Of a stretch of 64,000 bases of DNA, positions 50,099 to 59,669 are shown piece after piece (the first letter of the stretch is position 1; each line of letters opens with the position of its first letter). The notes under the pieces are model-generated. The model was not told the origin of the DNA. It did no database searches and saw only the letters and a list, made by a program, of their open reading frames with translations. The stretch comes from an uncultured Bacteroidota bacterium (GTDB lineage: Bacteria > CLD3 > SB21 > JBBIRG01): contig CAYPIY010000014.1 of assembly GCA_964410965.1 (NCBI GenBank), forward strand, positions 10,942 through 74,941, written 5' to 3'. Position numbers and translations under genes: made by a program.

Positions 50099-50989
50099 AT
50101 GTCAAAATTCGCATTAACGCTCGGTCCGATGCGCGTACCTTTTTTAATTCTGACTCCCGCCTGTGTGGTGCTTGGGCTTGGAACGGCCCTGTGGACAAAA
50201 GGTTCCGTGGACTGGTGGTATTTTACCCTGGCCATGATTGGTGCTGTGGCGTCGCATATCAGCGTCAACTCATTTAATGAGTACCTGGATTTCAGAACCG
50301 GCCTGGATTTCAGGACTCAGCGCACGCCTTTCAGCGGCGGAAGCGGAACTTTACCGCAGCATCCGGAGATGGCCGGAACGGCGCTATGGACAGCGCTTAT
50401 CTCGATGATCATCACCGCGGGTATAGGGATTTACTTTGTGTACGTCTGGGGTTGGAAACTGCTTCCTCTCGGCATCGCCGGAGTGATATTATTGTACGCT
50501 TATACCAAATGGCTGGTTTACAATCCCTGGCTGTGCCTGATCGCGCCGGGACTGGGGTTCGGGACGCTGATGGTTACGGGCACTCATTTTGTCCTGACAG
50601 GCGAATATTCATGGACAGCATTTCTGGCGTCGTTCATACAGTTTTTTCTCGTAAGCAACCTTCTCTTTTTGAATCAGTTTCCCGACATTGAGGCCGACCG
50701 TTCGGTCGGGAAAAAACATTTTCCTGTGTTGCTCGGAGGGAAAAAAAGCAGCCTGATTTACGGTTTCTTTTTGCTGATGACGTATGTCGTGATCGCCGGC
50801 GGTGTAGCCGTAAAATTATTCCCCGTCACGGCGTTACTCGGATTGATCACTTTAGCGCTGGCGGTACCCGCGTTTATCGGTGCGAACAAATACCACGACA
50901 ACATCCCTAAACTGATCCCGTTTATGGGGTTCAATGTGATCATTAATATTGTTACACCGGTTCTTGTCGCGATCGGAATGATGATCTGA
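50099..50989 (+). CDS. UbiA family prenyltransferase (MenA-like)
   Basis: It is polytopic, with NEYLDFRTGLD (the NxxxDxxxD first Asp-rich motif) and a second motif region NQFPDIEADR. Confidence 0.8.
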   Translation: MSKFALTLGPMRVPFLILTPACVVLGLGTALWTKGSVDWWYFTLAMIGAVASHISVNSFNEYLDFRTGLDFRTQRTPFSGGSGTLPQHPEMAGTALWTALISMIITAGIGIYFVYVWGWKLLPLGIAGVILLYAYTKWLVYNPWLCLIAPGLGFGTLMVTGTHFVLTGEYSWTAFLASFIQFFLVSNLLFLNQFPDIEADRSVGKKHFPVLLGGKKSSLIYGFFLLMTYVVIAGGVAVKLFPVTALLGLITLALAVPAFIGANKYHDNIPKLIPFMGFNVIINIVTPVLVAIGMMI

Positions 50990-51012
50990 CATAAAACAAT
51001 CTGCATTGTCTG

Positions 51013-51055
51013 ACCGTTCCGGAACCTTAATTAAAACACCGGAACGGTTTTTTTA
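51013..51055 (+). terminator. rho-independent terminator after the prenyltransferase gene
   Basis: A perfect 10 bp stem (ACCGTTCCGG / CCGGAACGGT) with a 16 nt loop is followed by a T7 run. Confidence 0.8.
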
Positions 51056-51583
51056 TACTTTGAAGTCACTTCGGAAAAACCTGCAATCGTAATTGCTGAT
51101 GACCCGTTTTTGAATTATGCTGAATTGAGTCTTTAAAAGGCCAATATTTTGGACTTCTTTCTTGATAATAGCTTCATAAGATCAATATTTTGATCCATAG
51201 CAAATTATTTTTATCATAAATCAATTAAATACAAGGTCTTTCATTTTGGCATTAATTTTGTCACTAGTATTTGTTCTCTATGATAATGAAAAAAATAATA
51301 AATTTTTATAAATTGTTTACTTTTTTAGGTTTATGATATTTATCAACAAATAAGATATGACATTGAACAAATATTTTTTTATCACTTCTAATGACCACTC
51401 AAGTGAAATTTTGACCGCTTGCACTGAATTACTTTCTATTCACAGTAAAATGCGCTACCTTCTTACAAGGACTTGCCGGTATTATCTGAATAGAAAACTG
51501 CGACGAAGGAAATGACTTTATGAAATAATAAGGACCTCGGTTCTTTCCGGATGAGTCTGTCACGAATCGATGGTTCCGGAATC

Positions 51584-51603
51584 AAAAAAAAAAAAAAAAA
51601 AAA
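51584..51603. repeat. A20 homopolymer tract immediately upstream of the first leader element
   Basis: Twenty consecutive A residues, counted directly, end 2 nt before GTCGGTTCG at 51606. Confidence 0.95.
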
Positions 51604-51605
51604 CA

Positions 51606-51672
51606 GTCGGTTCGGGTAGTCCGCTGCGGCGGACGTACTTGTCCTGAGTGAATCGAAGGATCGAGAACCGAC
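51606..51672 (+). promoter_or_regulatory. conserved structured leader element, copy 1 (long form); the leader continues to ATG 51750
   Basis: The outer stem is GTCGGTTC/GAACCGAC. The inner hairpin is GTCCGC-TGCG-GCGGAC. The second hairpin is GTCCT-11 nt-AGGAT. An extra 77 nt tail with two small hairpins precedes the RBS AAGGAG. Confidence 0.6.
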
Positions 51673-51749
51673 AGCAAATAAAGCGCTTCCCTAAACAGTC
51701 CGACAAAAGCCGGGCTTGCTCAAAGCGACGAATATAAAGGAGACAGAAT

Positions 51750-54221
51750 ATGAAAAAAGCTACCCTGCTCGTCATCGCGGCGATGCTGTTCCTTCACACA
51801 CAGATCAGCGCGCAAAACGCCGAACGGTACATTTCGGACAATCTGGGACGGATCGTGGAAGTTGCCAATTCCGGCGGTACATTAACTACGCCCCATCTAC
51901 TTATCGGGTATGATACGACCGGCATTGTGTACCAGTCGAATTCCGTAAATACATACAAAATATTCGGATTATTCCCAGATGAAACCAGTCTGCAGAATTT
52001 AAACAGCTGGAATAAATTTGGATCCCCGTCGGGTGATGACAGTTACGAAATCCGTTTCGGTTCCGATTCCAGCCGCTACTGGATCAACACCAACTGGTAT
52101 GGTACAGGCGGTAATCTCGCGCCGAATCAGCTCCCGTTTTCGGTTTATCATGTCGGACCGAAATCATCGGCGGATACTTCGGTTACCGGTGGAATTAAAC
52201 TGTGCCTGAAAGTCACGGACCAGGATGCGGACGGCATTTTCACCGCCGGTGAGATGATCTATGTTTTCGCTGATCTGGCTTTGCCGTTAGACAGCACATA
52301 CGACAGCCTGAGTCAAAGAACCAGCAACCCGTTTGTCCAAAGCCGCAGCGTCATGACTTATCTCCGCTTCGGAGCCGCATCCGTGCCCTACTCACAAACG
52401 ACTTTTTCCGTTCCCGGTGACGGATTCATCCCGCCATACGGCACGGTGATCCGGTTTGTGGCCCAAACTGCTGATTCGATAGAACCCGTTATTCAGTTTC
52501 CTTATACAATCTCTGCTCCGCGCGCAGGAATTGTTTATCGGTTTCCGATTACCGCTTATTCATTTGAAGCGATCGATTATTCATTGGAAAATCAACCGGA
52601 AAATATGACTCTCAGTCATGACACTCTCCTTTGGACCGTTTCGGCAAATCAATTCGGACACTTATACCCTTTTATCCTCCGAGCGACGAATTCAGCCGGA
52701 CATAGTTATAAAACCGTTCAGGCTTTTGCGGGTTATCAAAACTCCACAAACTATGTGCAATTAGGCGAAAATCAAATTGAATACTGGACGTCCAATAACG
52801 GTTCGATCGCTTTCAATTTTCCGATCCAGGAACGTGGCCTTGGATGGATTAATGATCCGGCCGGTTTATTTTACGCAGCAGGGATGTATCTCGGGGGCCA
52901 GAAACAGGGAACAGCGGGGAATCCGGATACCATCAGCGTTTCGCAGGTTGAATTTCAGGGAGAACTGGATGCCGGCCGAATCTTGAATAACGGACCCTTC
53001 GGGAGTTTGCTGGTTGAGAATCCCGATACGTCAGCGGCCAGTGTATTGATTCTTCCGGACCATAGTAATGCATGGCCACCGGAAGCGCCGCATGATGAGC
53101 TGGGTAATCCGCTGAAATTATCCGTCCGGGATACCTGGACGGTGTTTAACGATGTGTGGGCGAAAAGCAGAACGGATGACCCGTTTTCTTTATCTCCCGG
53201 ATTTGGCATTGAATGTCAAAGACAGACATTTCAGTTTCCGGAATATCCGTTTGATCAGGCGGTATTGGTACGGTTGAGAATGATCAACAAATCCGACGCG
53301 GCGTATGATTCGTGTTTCTTCGGCCTGTGGGCTGACCCGGATGTGGGTTTGAATTCGGTAGATGATTTATGCATGGTGGATTCGACCCTGCCGTGTCTGA
53401 TTACCTACAGCGACCCGGCGGGCAGTGACCAAAGTACATCTGCGGCCGGAATTCTTGTTATACAAAGTCCTGTTACGGCAGGTAATGTTAACGATACCGC
53501 AACAGTGATTGAAATCGGAACCCAGGGGTTTGAACCAAAGAGAAAAACCGGAAAGAAATATGCCCTTCCTTCATCAGCGTACGTCTACATGGGCGCGCAA
53601 TGTGAACCCGATGGCTATACTGGAAAGCGTGACATATCCAGATACTGGTATTTAATGGGTTTGGATAATTGGGGAAGCTGGAAACCCAACGGACGTTTTG
53701 ATTTGACCAATTGTGTCGGAACATCTCCTGCCGATCTGCGTGTCATCATGGGTATCGGCCCATATACGTTCCTTGCCGGAGATACGCAGGAAGTCTGGTA
53801 TTCTCTGATGGGCGCTAAGGGCACAACCAAAGCCAATTCTGTGGATTCGATCCTGAGTCGCGCTTATCTGATGAAAGAAAAGTTTTACAGTGACATGAAC
53901 AGCGTAATAGTTGGAGTGAATGACCCGGTGAATCCCGTTCCGCAAAGCATGAAACTGCATCCGAATTATCCCAATCCGTTCAATCCATCCACGACGATAC
54001 GTTATCAGCTGGCAGAGAACAGTAAAGTGACGCTGAAGATCTACAACCTGCTTGGCCAGGAAGTCCGGACATTAGTCAATGCGCAAAAATCCTCCGGCAT
54101 GCATTCAGTTATCTGGGACGGGAAAAACCATCATGGCCAGAGAGTCACATCCGGCGTGTATTTTTACAGGCTGCAGGCGGGTGATTTTGTGAAGACGAGG
54201 AAGATGGTACTGGTGAAGTAA
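51750..54221 (+). CDS. T9SS-sorted paralog 1 (N-module type a, C-module type alpha), function unknown
   Basis: It has the signal peptide MKKATLLVIAAMLFLHTQISAQ, the EF-hand-like loop DQDADGIFTAGE and the T9SS C-terminus NYPNPFNPSTTIRYQL...GVYFYRLQAGDFVKTRKMVLVK. Confidence 0.85.
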   Translation: MKKATLLVIAAMLFLHTQISAQNAERYISDNLGRIVEVANSGGTLTTPHLLIGYDTTGIVYQSNSVNTYKIFGLFPDETSLQNLNSWNKFGSPSGDDSYEIRFGSDSSRYWINTNWYGTGGNLAPNQLPFSVYHVGPKSSADTSVTGGIKLCLKVTDQDADGIFTAGEMIYVFADLALPLDSTYDSLSQRTSNPFVQSRSVMTYLRFGAASVPYSQTTFSVPGDGFIPPYGTVIRFVAQTADSIEPVIQFPYTISAPRAGIVYRFPITAYSFEAIDYSLENQPENMTLSHDTLLWTVSANQFGHLYPFILRATNSAGHSYKTVQAFAGYQNSTNYVQLGENQIEYWTSNNGSIAFNFPIQERGLGWINDPAGLFYAAGMYLGGQKQGTAGNPDTISVSQVEFQGELDAGRILNNGPFGSLLVENPDTSAASVLILPDHSNAWPPEAPHDELGNPLKLSVRDTWTVFNDVWAKSRTDDPFSLSPGFGIECQRQTFQFPEYPFDQAVLVRLRMINKSDAAYDSCFFGLWADPDVGLNSVDDLCMVDSTLPCLITYSDPAGSDQSTSAAGILVIQSPVTAGNVNDTATVIEIGTQGFEPKRKTGKKYALPSSAYVYMGAQCEPDGYTGKRDISRYWYLMGLDNWGSWKPNGRFDLTNCVGTSPADLRVIMGIGPYTFLAGDTQEVWYSLMGAKGTTKANSVDSILSRAYLMKEKFYSDMNSVIVGVNDPVNPVPQSMKLHPNYPNPFNPSTTIRYQLAENSKVTLKIYNLLGQEVRTLVNAQKSSGMHSVIWDGKNHHGQRVTSGVYFYRLQAGDFVKTRKMVLVK

Positions 54222-54296
54222 TTTCTCGCAAAGACGCAGAGGCGCAAAGGGAAAAAAAACATATAAGAATATGAAGACAAGGAAGAAAAATAGATA

Positions 54297-54341
54297 GTCG
54301 GTTCGAGTAGGTCGCTTGAGGTGACCCTATCGAGAACCGAC
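54297..54341 (+). promoter_or_regulatory. conserved structured leader element, copy 2 (short form)
   Basis: It has the same outer stem GTCGGTTC/GAACCGAC. The inner hairpin is changed to GGTCGC-TTGAG-GTGACC, which still pairs. The second hairpin is absent. The RBS AAGGAG follows 6 nt after the stem. Confidence 0.6.
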
Positions 54342-54360
54342 AGAATTAAGGAGAAAGAAC

Positions 54361-56820
54361 ATGAAAAAAGTTACGGTACTCATCATCGCAGCGGCAATGA
54401 TCCTTCACACCCGGATCAGCGCGCAAACCACCGAAGGTTACTTATCCAACAACCTCGGCCGGATCGTGGAGGTGGCCAATTCCGGCGGCACATTAACTAC
54501 CCCCCATCTGCTGATCGGATACGACACCACCGGCATTGTGTATCAGTCAAATTCCCTGAATGCCTTCAGGATTTTCGCGAACTCTCCTTCCACAACCACT
54601 CTGCAGAGCCTGAACAGCCAGAACCGGTTCGGAGCGCCGGGAACCAATGACTGTTACGAGATCCGGTTCGGTTCCGATTCCAGCCGGTACTGGATCAACA
54701 CCAGTATTTTGGGTACTGGAGGAAATCTCGCGCCGAATCAGCTCCCGTTTTCGGTATATTACGTCGGGCCGAAACCATCGGCGGATACTTCGGTGACCGG
54801 AGGGATCAAATTATGCGTGAAAGTCACGGACCAGGACACGAACGGCATTTTCACCGCCGGTGAGCGGATTACGGTTTTCGCCGATCTGCAAGTACCCTTA
54901 GACAGCACATACGACAGCCTGAGTCACCGTGCCGCCAATCCATTTGTCACAAACCGCAGCGTCATCACGTATCTCCGCTTCGGTGCCGCTTCTGTGCCCT
55001 ACTCACAAACGACTTTTTCCGTTCCCGGTGACGGATTCATCCCGCCATCCGGCACAGTGATCCGGTTTGTGGCAAAAACGGGAGACGCCATAGCCCCGAT
55101 TGTCTATAACTTAACCGATACGTTCAGAACATCCGGCATCGGAATTTTTACATCCTCTTTTAATGTATATTCGTATGAAGTTCCTGTCTATACACTGACG
55201 GATGCGCCTGCGGGGATGACGGTATCGGACGGTGTGATAACCTGGAATGTCACAGAAAGCCAAATCGGACAGGTGTATAATGTTATCCTTCAGGCAAGCA
55301 ATGGTGCAGGGGTATCAACTCGAATGTTCCGGGCAAAGGGCAGCTGGGGAACCCAGGAAATCAAGACCGAAGGCGCAGGAAACCTGATCCGGATGTGGCA
55401 GAGAAATGACGGATCGATCGCATACCGTGCCAGTCAAAGCATTTACGGAATGGAATATCCGATCAATTCGGGTTACACACTGAATTATGCGGGAGGATTT
55501 TACTTCGGCGGAATAAAGTCCGGCAGCGGAAATCCCGATACCGTCAATGTCGCTCAGTGCGAATATCAATCCGAATTCCAGCCCGGACGCATTTTGAACT
55601 CGGGACCGTTCGGGACGCTGCAGGGACAGGATTATATGCAACACAACACATTATTCACCCTGCCCGGGAACGAGCTGACCTGGCCGCCGGACGCGCCGCG
55701 GAACACATTGAACGAACCGCTGAGACTTTCTCTGATTGACACGTGGACGGCATTCAACGATCTTTCTATCAGTAACGTATCCGATCCTTTCTCTTTATCG
55801 CCGGGTTTCGGGCTTGAAATCCAGCGCCAGACGTTTCAGTTCAGCCTGTATCCCTTCAACAATGCCGTGCTCGTCAGAATGCGGTGCATCAACAAGTCCG
55901 ACATGAATTATGACAGCTGTTACTTCGGATTGTGGAATGATCCGGACGTCGGTGGAAACGCCGGCGATGACCTCGCAACAGTCGATTCATCCCTTGCCCT
56001 TATAACCGTTTACAGCGACCCGGCCGGCAGTGACCCTCATCCGAGCGCTTTCGGCTGCGCGTTCCTTCAACTCCCCCTGAATACCGGGACCGCCGGAGAT
56101 ACGGCGGTTGTCATCGGCATCACCGAACAGGGTTTCAGCCGAATCACCAAACCCGGTTATAAAAGTTCAGGTCCTTCAGCAGCGATAGCCTATCAGGGTG
56201 GCATAGGAGATCCTGACGGACGAGGAATGGGCGACCGAAGCCGGTACTGGTATGAATCAGGATATGACCTTTTCGGCTATCCAAAACCATTGGGTCCATT
56301 TGACTTGACGACAGTTGGAAATGAACCTGGAGATAAACGTATGGTATTCGGAGCAGGCCCGTTTTCTTTCACGGCGGGAGACACGCAGGACGTCTGGTAT
56401 GCGATGATCGGCGGAATGGGAGTTACCAAAGCCGCCGCGGTCGATACGATACATCATTACGCGGAAATGATGCGCCGGATTTTTATGGAAAACATGAACG
56501 ATTATCTTGTCAGCATTCATGACCCTGTAAATCCGCTTCCACAGGGTGTCAGCCTGCATCCCAATTATCCGAACCCGTTTAATCCTTCGACTACGATCCG
56601 GTACGAGCTGAAACAGGCTTCGAAAGTGACGCTGAAGATCTACAACCTGCTCGGCCAGGAAGTCCGGACATTAGTCAATGCGCAAAAATCCTCCGGCATC
56701 CATTCGGTTATCTGGGACGGGAAGAACCATCATGGCCAGAGGGTCACGTCAGGAGTGTATTTCTATAGGCTGGAGGCGGGTGATTTTGTGAAGACAAGGA
56801 AGATGGTGCTGGTGAAATAA
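54361..56820 (+). CDS. T9SS-sorted paralog 2 (N-module type a, C-module type beta), function unknown
   Basis: It has the signal peptide MKKVTVLIIAAAMILHTRISAQ. The N-terminal 250 or so residues are close to paralog 1, and the C-half is close to paralog 4. It has a T9SS C-terminus. Confidence 0.85.
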   Translation: MKKVTVLIIAAAMILHTRISAQTTEGYLSNNLGRIVEVANSGGTLTTPHLLIGYDTTGIVYQSNSLNAFRIFANSPSTTTLQSLNSQNRFGAPGTNDCYEIRFGSDSSRYWINTSILGTGGNLAPNQLPFSVYYVGPKPSADTSVTGGIKLCVKVTDQDTNGIFTAGERITVFADLQVPLDSTYDSLSHRAANPFVTNRSVITYLRFGAASVPYSQTTFSVPGDGFIPPSGTVIRFVAKTGDAIAPIVYNLTDTFRTSGIGIFTSSFNVYSYEVPVYTLTDAPAGMTVSDGVITWNVTESQIGQVYNVILQASNGAGVSTRMFRAKGSWGTQEIKTEGAGNLIRMWQRNDGSIAYRASQSIYGMEYPINSGYTLNYAGGFYFGGIKSGSGNPDTVNVAQCEYQSEFQPGRILNSGPFGTLQGQDYMQHNTLFTLPGNELTWPPDAPRNTLNEPLRLSLIDTWTAFNDLSISNVSDPFSLSPGFGLEIQRQTFQFSLYPFNNAVLVRMRCINKSDMNYDSCYFGLWNDPDVGGNAGDDLATVDSSLALITVYSDPAGSDPHPSAFGCAFLQLPLNTGTAGDTAVVIGITEQGFSRITKPGYKSSGPSAAIAYQGGIGDPDGRGMGDRSRYWYESGYDLFGYPKPLGPFDLTTVGNEPGDKRMVFGAGPFSFTAGDTQDVWYAMIGGMGVTKAAAVDTIHHYAEMMRRIFMENMNDYLVSIHDPVNPLPQGVSLHPNYPNPFNPSTTIRYELKQASKVTLKIYNLLGQEVRTLVNAQKSSGIHSVIWDGKNHHGQRVTSGVYFYRLEAGDFVKTRKMVLVK

Positions 56821-56894
56821 CCTCTCGCCAGGGCGCAGAGGCGCAAAGGGAAAAAAACATATAAGAATATGAAGCCACGGAAGAAAAATAGATA

Positions 56895-56961
56895 GTCGGT
56901 TCGGGTAGTCCGCTGCGGCGGACGTACTTGTCCTGAGTGAATCGAAGGATCGAGAACCGAC
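56895..56961 (+). promoter_or_regulatory. conserved structured leader element, copy 3 (long form)
   Basis: It is nearly identical to copy 1, including the tail. The tail hairpin is AGCCCG...CGGGCT here and AGTCCG...CGGGCT in copy 1, which is a C-G to U-G change. Confidence 0.6.
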
Positions 56962-57039
56962 AGACAAATAAAGCGCTTCCCTATACAGCCCGACAAAAGC
57001 CGGGCTTGCTCGAAGCGACGAATACAAAGGAGACAGGAC

Positions 57040-59510
57040 ATGAAAAAAGCTACCCTGCTCGTCATCGCGGCGGTAATAATCCTTCACACACGGGTCAGCG
57101 CACAAAACACCGAAGGATACCTGTCCAACAACCTCGGACAGATTGTTGAGGTAGCGAATCCGGACGGAATCATGCCTCAGACTCGTATTCTGATCGGGTG
57201 GGACAGCACCGGATATCTCCGTCAAAGTAACAGCCAGAATACATATAAAATATTCGGCTACGAACCGAAAAACACATGGCTGAATAATGATCAGGGCGTA
57301 TATACGCTCAATATGGCCAATCATTTTGGTTCACCCGGAGGAAATGACGGTTATGAAATCAGATTTGGCTTTGACTCAAGCCGATACTGGATTATCGGGG
57401 GTACGCTCGCGCCGGATCAAGCACCATTTTCTGTTTACCATGTGGGACCCAAACATTCAACCGATACGTCCATTACGGGAGGAATAAAATTATGCATGGG
57501 TATCTGGGATGATGACAGCAACGGTGTCTATACACCGGGAGAAAGGATCCATTTTTATTCTGACCGGGCGTTGCCTTTGGACAGCACCTACGACAGCCTG
57601 AGCACCCGCCTGAACAATCCGTTCAACTATACCATGAGGGTAATTTCCGAACTTCGTTTCGGATCAGGGTCTGTTCCATACACTCAGTCCGGATTCAGAA
57701 TTCCGGAGGACGGGGTGATCCCTCCGGCCGGAACGGTCATCCGGTTCGTTGCGAAATCCGCCGACTCAATCCCGCCGGTCGTTCAGCTTTATTCTTTGCA
57801 GGCTCCCAATGCGGGTGTTCAGTACCGTTTTCCGGTACCGGTATATTCCTTTGAAAGCCCGACGTTATTACTGGAAGATGCTCCTCCGGCTATGATACTG
57901 AGCAATGACACAATTCTTTGGACCATTACTGCCTCACAATTTGGCCAATCCTATCCGTTCCGGATCAGAGCGACGAACTCTGCCGGGTACAGTTATCAAA
58001 GTTGTACCGCTAAGGCAGGTTACTTGTCCGGTTCGGACCTCGTGAATCTCAGAAACAACCAGATTGATTACTGGACATCGAATACCGGTTCTTTCGCTTA
58101 CAATTTTTCAGAAACCATGCCGGGATTTCGCTGGGTAAATGATCCGGCCATACTTTACTTCGCTACCGGCCTGTATTTAGGCGGGAAAAAGCAGGGAACC
58201 GGAGGGAATCCGGATACCATTAGTGTAACTCACACTGAATTTACGCCAAAGTATGAATTAGACGCAGGACGCATTCTCAATAACGGCCCGTTTGGAAGTC
58301 TAACGGTAGAGAATCCTGACACATCAGCGGCAAAAGTGTTTGTGCTGCCGGAGCATAGCGGAATATGGCCTCTCGAAGCGCCGCATGATGAACTGGGTAA
58401 TCCGTTAAAATTATCAGCAAGAGATACATGGACGGTGTTTAATGATGTTTGGGCCAGAACGAGAAATACAGATCAGTTTTCTTTATCTCCTGGATTCGGT
58501 ATAGAGTGTCAGCGACAAACGTTTCAGTTTTTGGAGTATCCGTTTGATCAATCGGTATTGGTGCGGCTGCGGATGATCAATAAATCTGACGCGACTTATG
58601 ATTCGTGTTTCTTCGGACTGTGGGCTGATCCGGATGTGGGTTTGGAATCATCAGATGACTTATCTATTGTAGATTCAACTTTACCGTGTCTGATGACCTA
58701 CAGCAACCCAACGGGTAGTGACCAAAGTACTTCTGCCACAGGAATGCTTGTCATACAGAGTCCTGTTACGGCAGGCAATGTAAACGATACCGTGACTGTG
58801 ATTGAAATCGGCTCTCAGGGGTTTGAACAAAAAAGAAAAGCCGGGAAGATATACGCCATTCCTGCTTCAGCGGTATCATATCGGGGAGGTGTTGGTTCTC
58901 CGACTGGGGCAAATGGTCGTGGCGATTTGACCAGATATTGGTATTTAATTGGGCATGATTATCTGGGCGGATGGAAACCGAACGGCAGATTTGATGTTAC
59001 GGTCAGCGGAACGACACCCGGTGATCAGAGGCAGATCATGGGCGTGGGTCCGTACACATTTCTTCCCAACGATACCCAGGAAGTCTGGTACGCTCTCATG
59101 GGCGCAAAAGGCACAACCAAGGGCAATGCCGTCGATTCGATCCTGAACCACGCCTATCTGATGAAAGAAATATTTACAGCGACATGAACAGCATGATCGT
59201 AGGGGTGAATGATCCGGTGAATCCCGTTCCGCAAAAAGTGATCCTGCATCCTAATTACCCCAATCCGTTCAATCCATCCACGACGATCCGGTACGAGCTG
59301 AAACAGGCTTCGAAAGTGACGCTGAAGATTTACAACCTGCTCGGCCAGGAAGTCCGGACATTAGTCAATGCGCAAAAGTCATCCGGCGTGCATTCGGTTA
59401 TCTGGGACGGAAAGAACAGCCATGGCCAGAAAGTCACGTCGGGAGTGTATTTCTACAGGCTGCAGGCGGGCGATTTTGTGAAGACGAGGAAGATGGTGCT
59501 GGTGAAATAA
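57040..59510 (+). pseudogene. T9SS-sorted paralog 3 (N-module type b, C-module type alpha) split by a 1 nt deletion into a passenger ORF (57040..59187) and a sorting-domain ORF (59184..59510)
   Basis: Aligned to paralog 1, GAAAAGTTTTACAGTGACATGAAC becomes GAAATATTTACAGCGACATGAAC (TTTT to TTT near 59173). The frame shifts and stops at 59187. The +1 frame continues as MNSMIVGVNDPVNPVPQ... through an intact T9SS domain. Confidence 0.7.
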
Positions 59511-59582
59511 CCTCTCGCCAGGACGCGAAGGCGCAAAGGAAAAACCATTAAGAATATGAAGACAAGGAAGAAAAGTAAAAAA

Positions 59583-59650
59583 GTCGGTTCGAGCAGGTCG
59601 CATGAGGCGGACGTACTTGTCCTGAGTGAATCGAAGGATCGTGAACCGAT
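59583..59650 (+). promoter_or_regulatory. conserved structured leader element, copy 4
   Basis: The outer stem ends in GAACCGAT, so the closing pair becomes G-U. The inner hairpin is chimeric, with a left arm like copy 2 (GGTCGC) and a right arm like copy 1 (GCGGAC). The second hairpin is present. The RBS AAGGAG follows. Confidence 0.55.
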
Positions 59651-59669
59651 AGGATTAAGGAGACAGAAT

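Noticed and set aside
51280-51340. Tiny ORF MKKIINFYKLFTFLGL in the AT-rich region upstream of the array.
   Set aside because: It is only 16 codons long, has no ribosome binding site and lies in 70-75% AT sequence, where such ORFs arise by chance.
51640-51672. Possible hammerhead-like ribozyme core in the leader (CCTGAGTGAATCGAAGGATCGAGAAC resembles CUGAUGA...GAAA).
   Set aside because: The sequence is CUGAGUGA, not CUGANGA. No GAAA follows a stem II in the right place, and I could not build the three-stem arrangement around a cleavage site. In addition, this 27 nt segment is entirely absent from copy 2.
54297-54320. The tRNA T-arm-like string GGTTCGAG in the leader elements could indicate a tRNA or tRNA-derived element.
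   Set aside because: There is no acceptor stem, D-arm or anticodon arm, and no matching 3-prime half of a T-stem in tRNA geometry. The string is simply the 5-prime arm of the closing stem.
59556-59669. An upstream ATG extends paralog 4 by 38 residues (MKTRKKSKKVGSSRSHEADVLVLSESKDREPIGLRRQN).
   Set aside because: The extension reads through the conserved leader element. It has no equivalent in the other four copies. It places a charged peptide in front of an otherwise standard signal peptide. The ATG at 59670 has the same AAGGAG ribosome binding site spacing as its paralogs.
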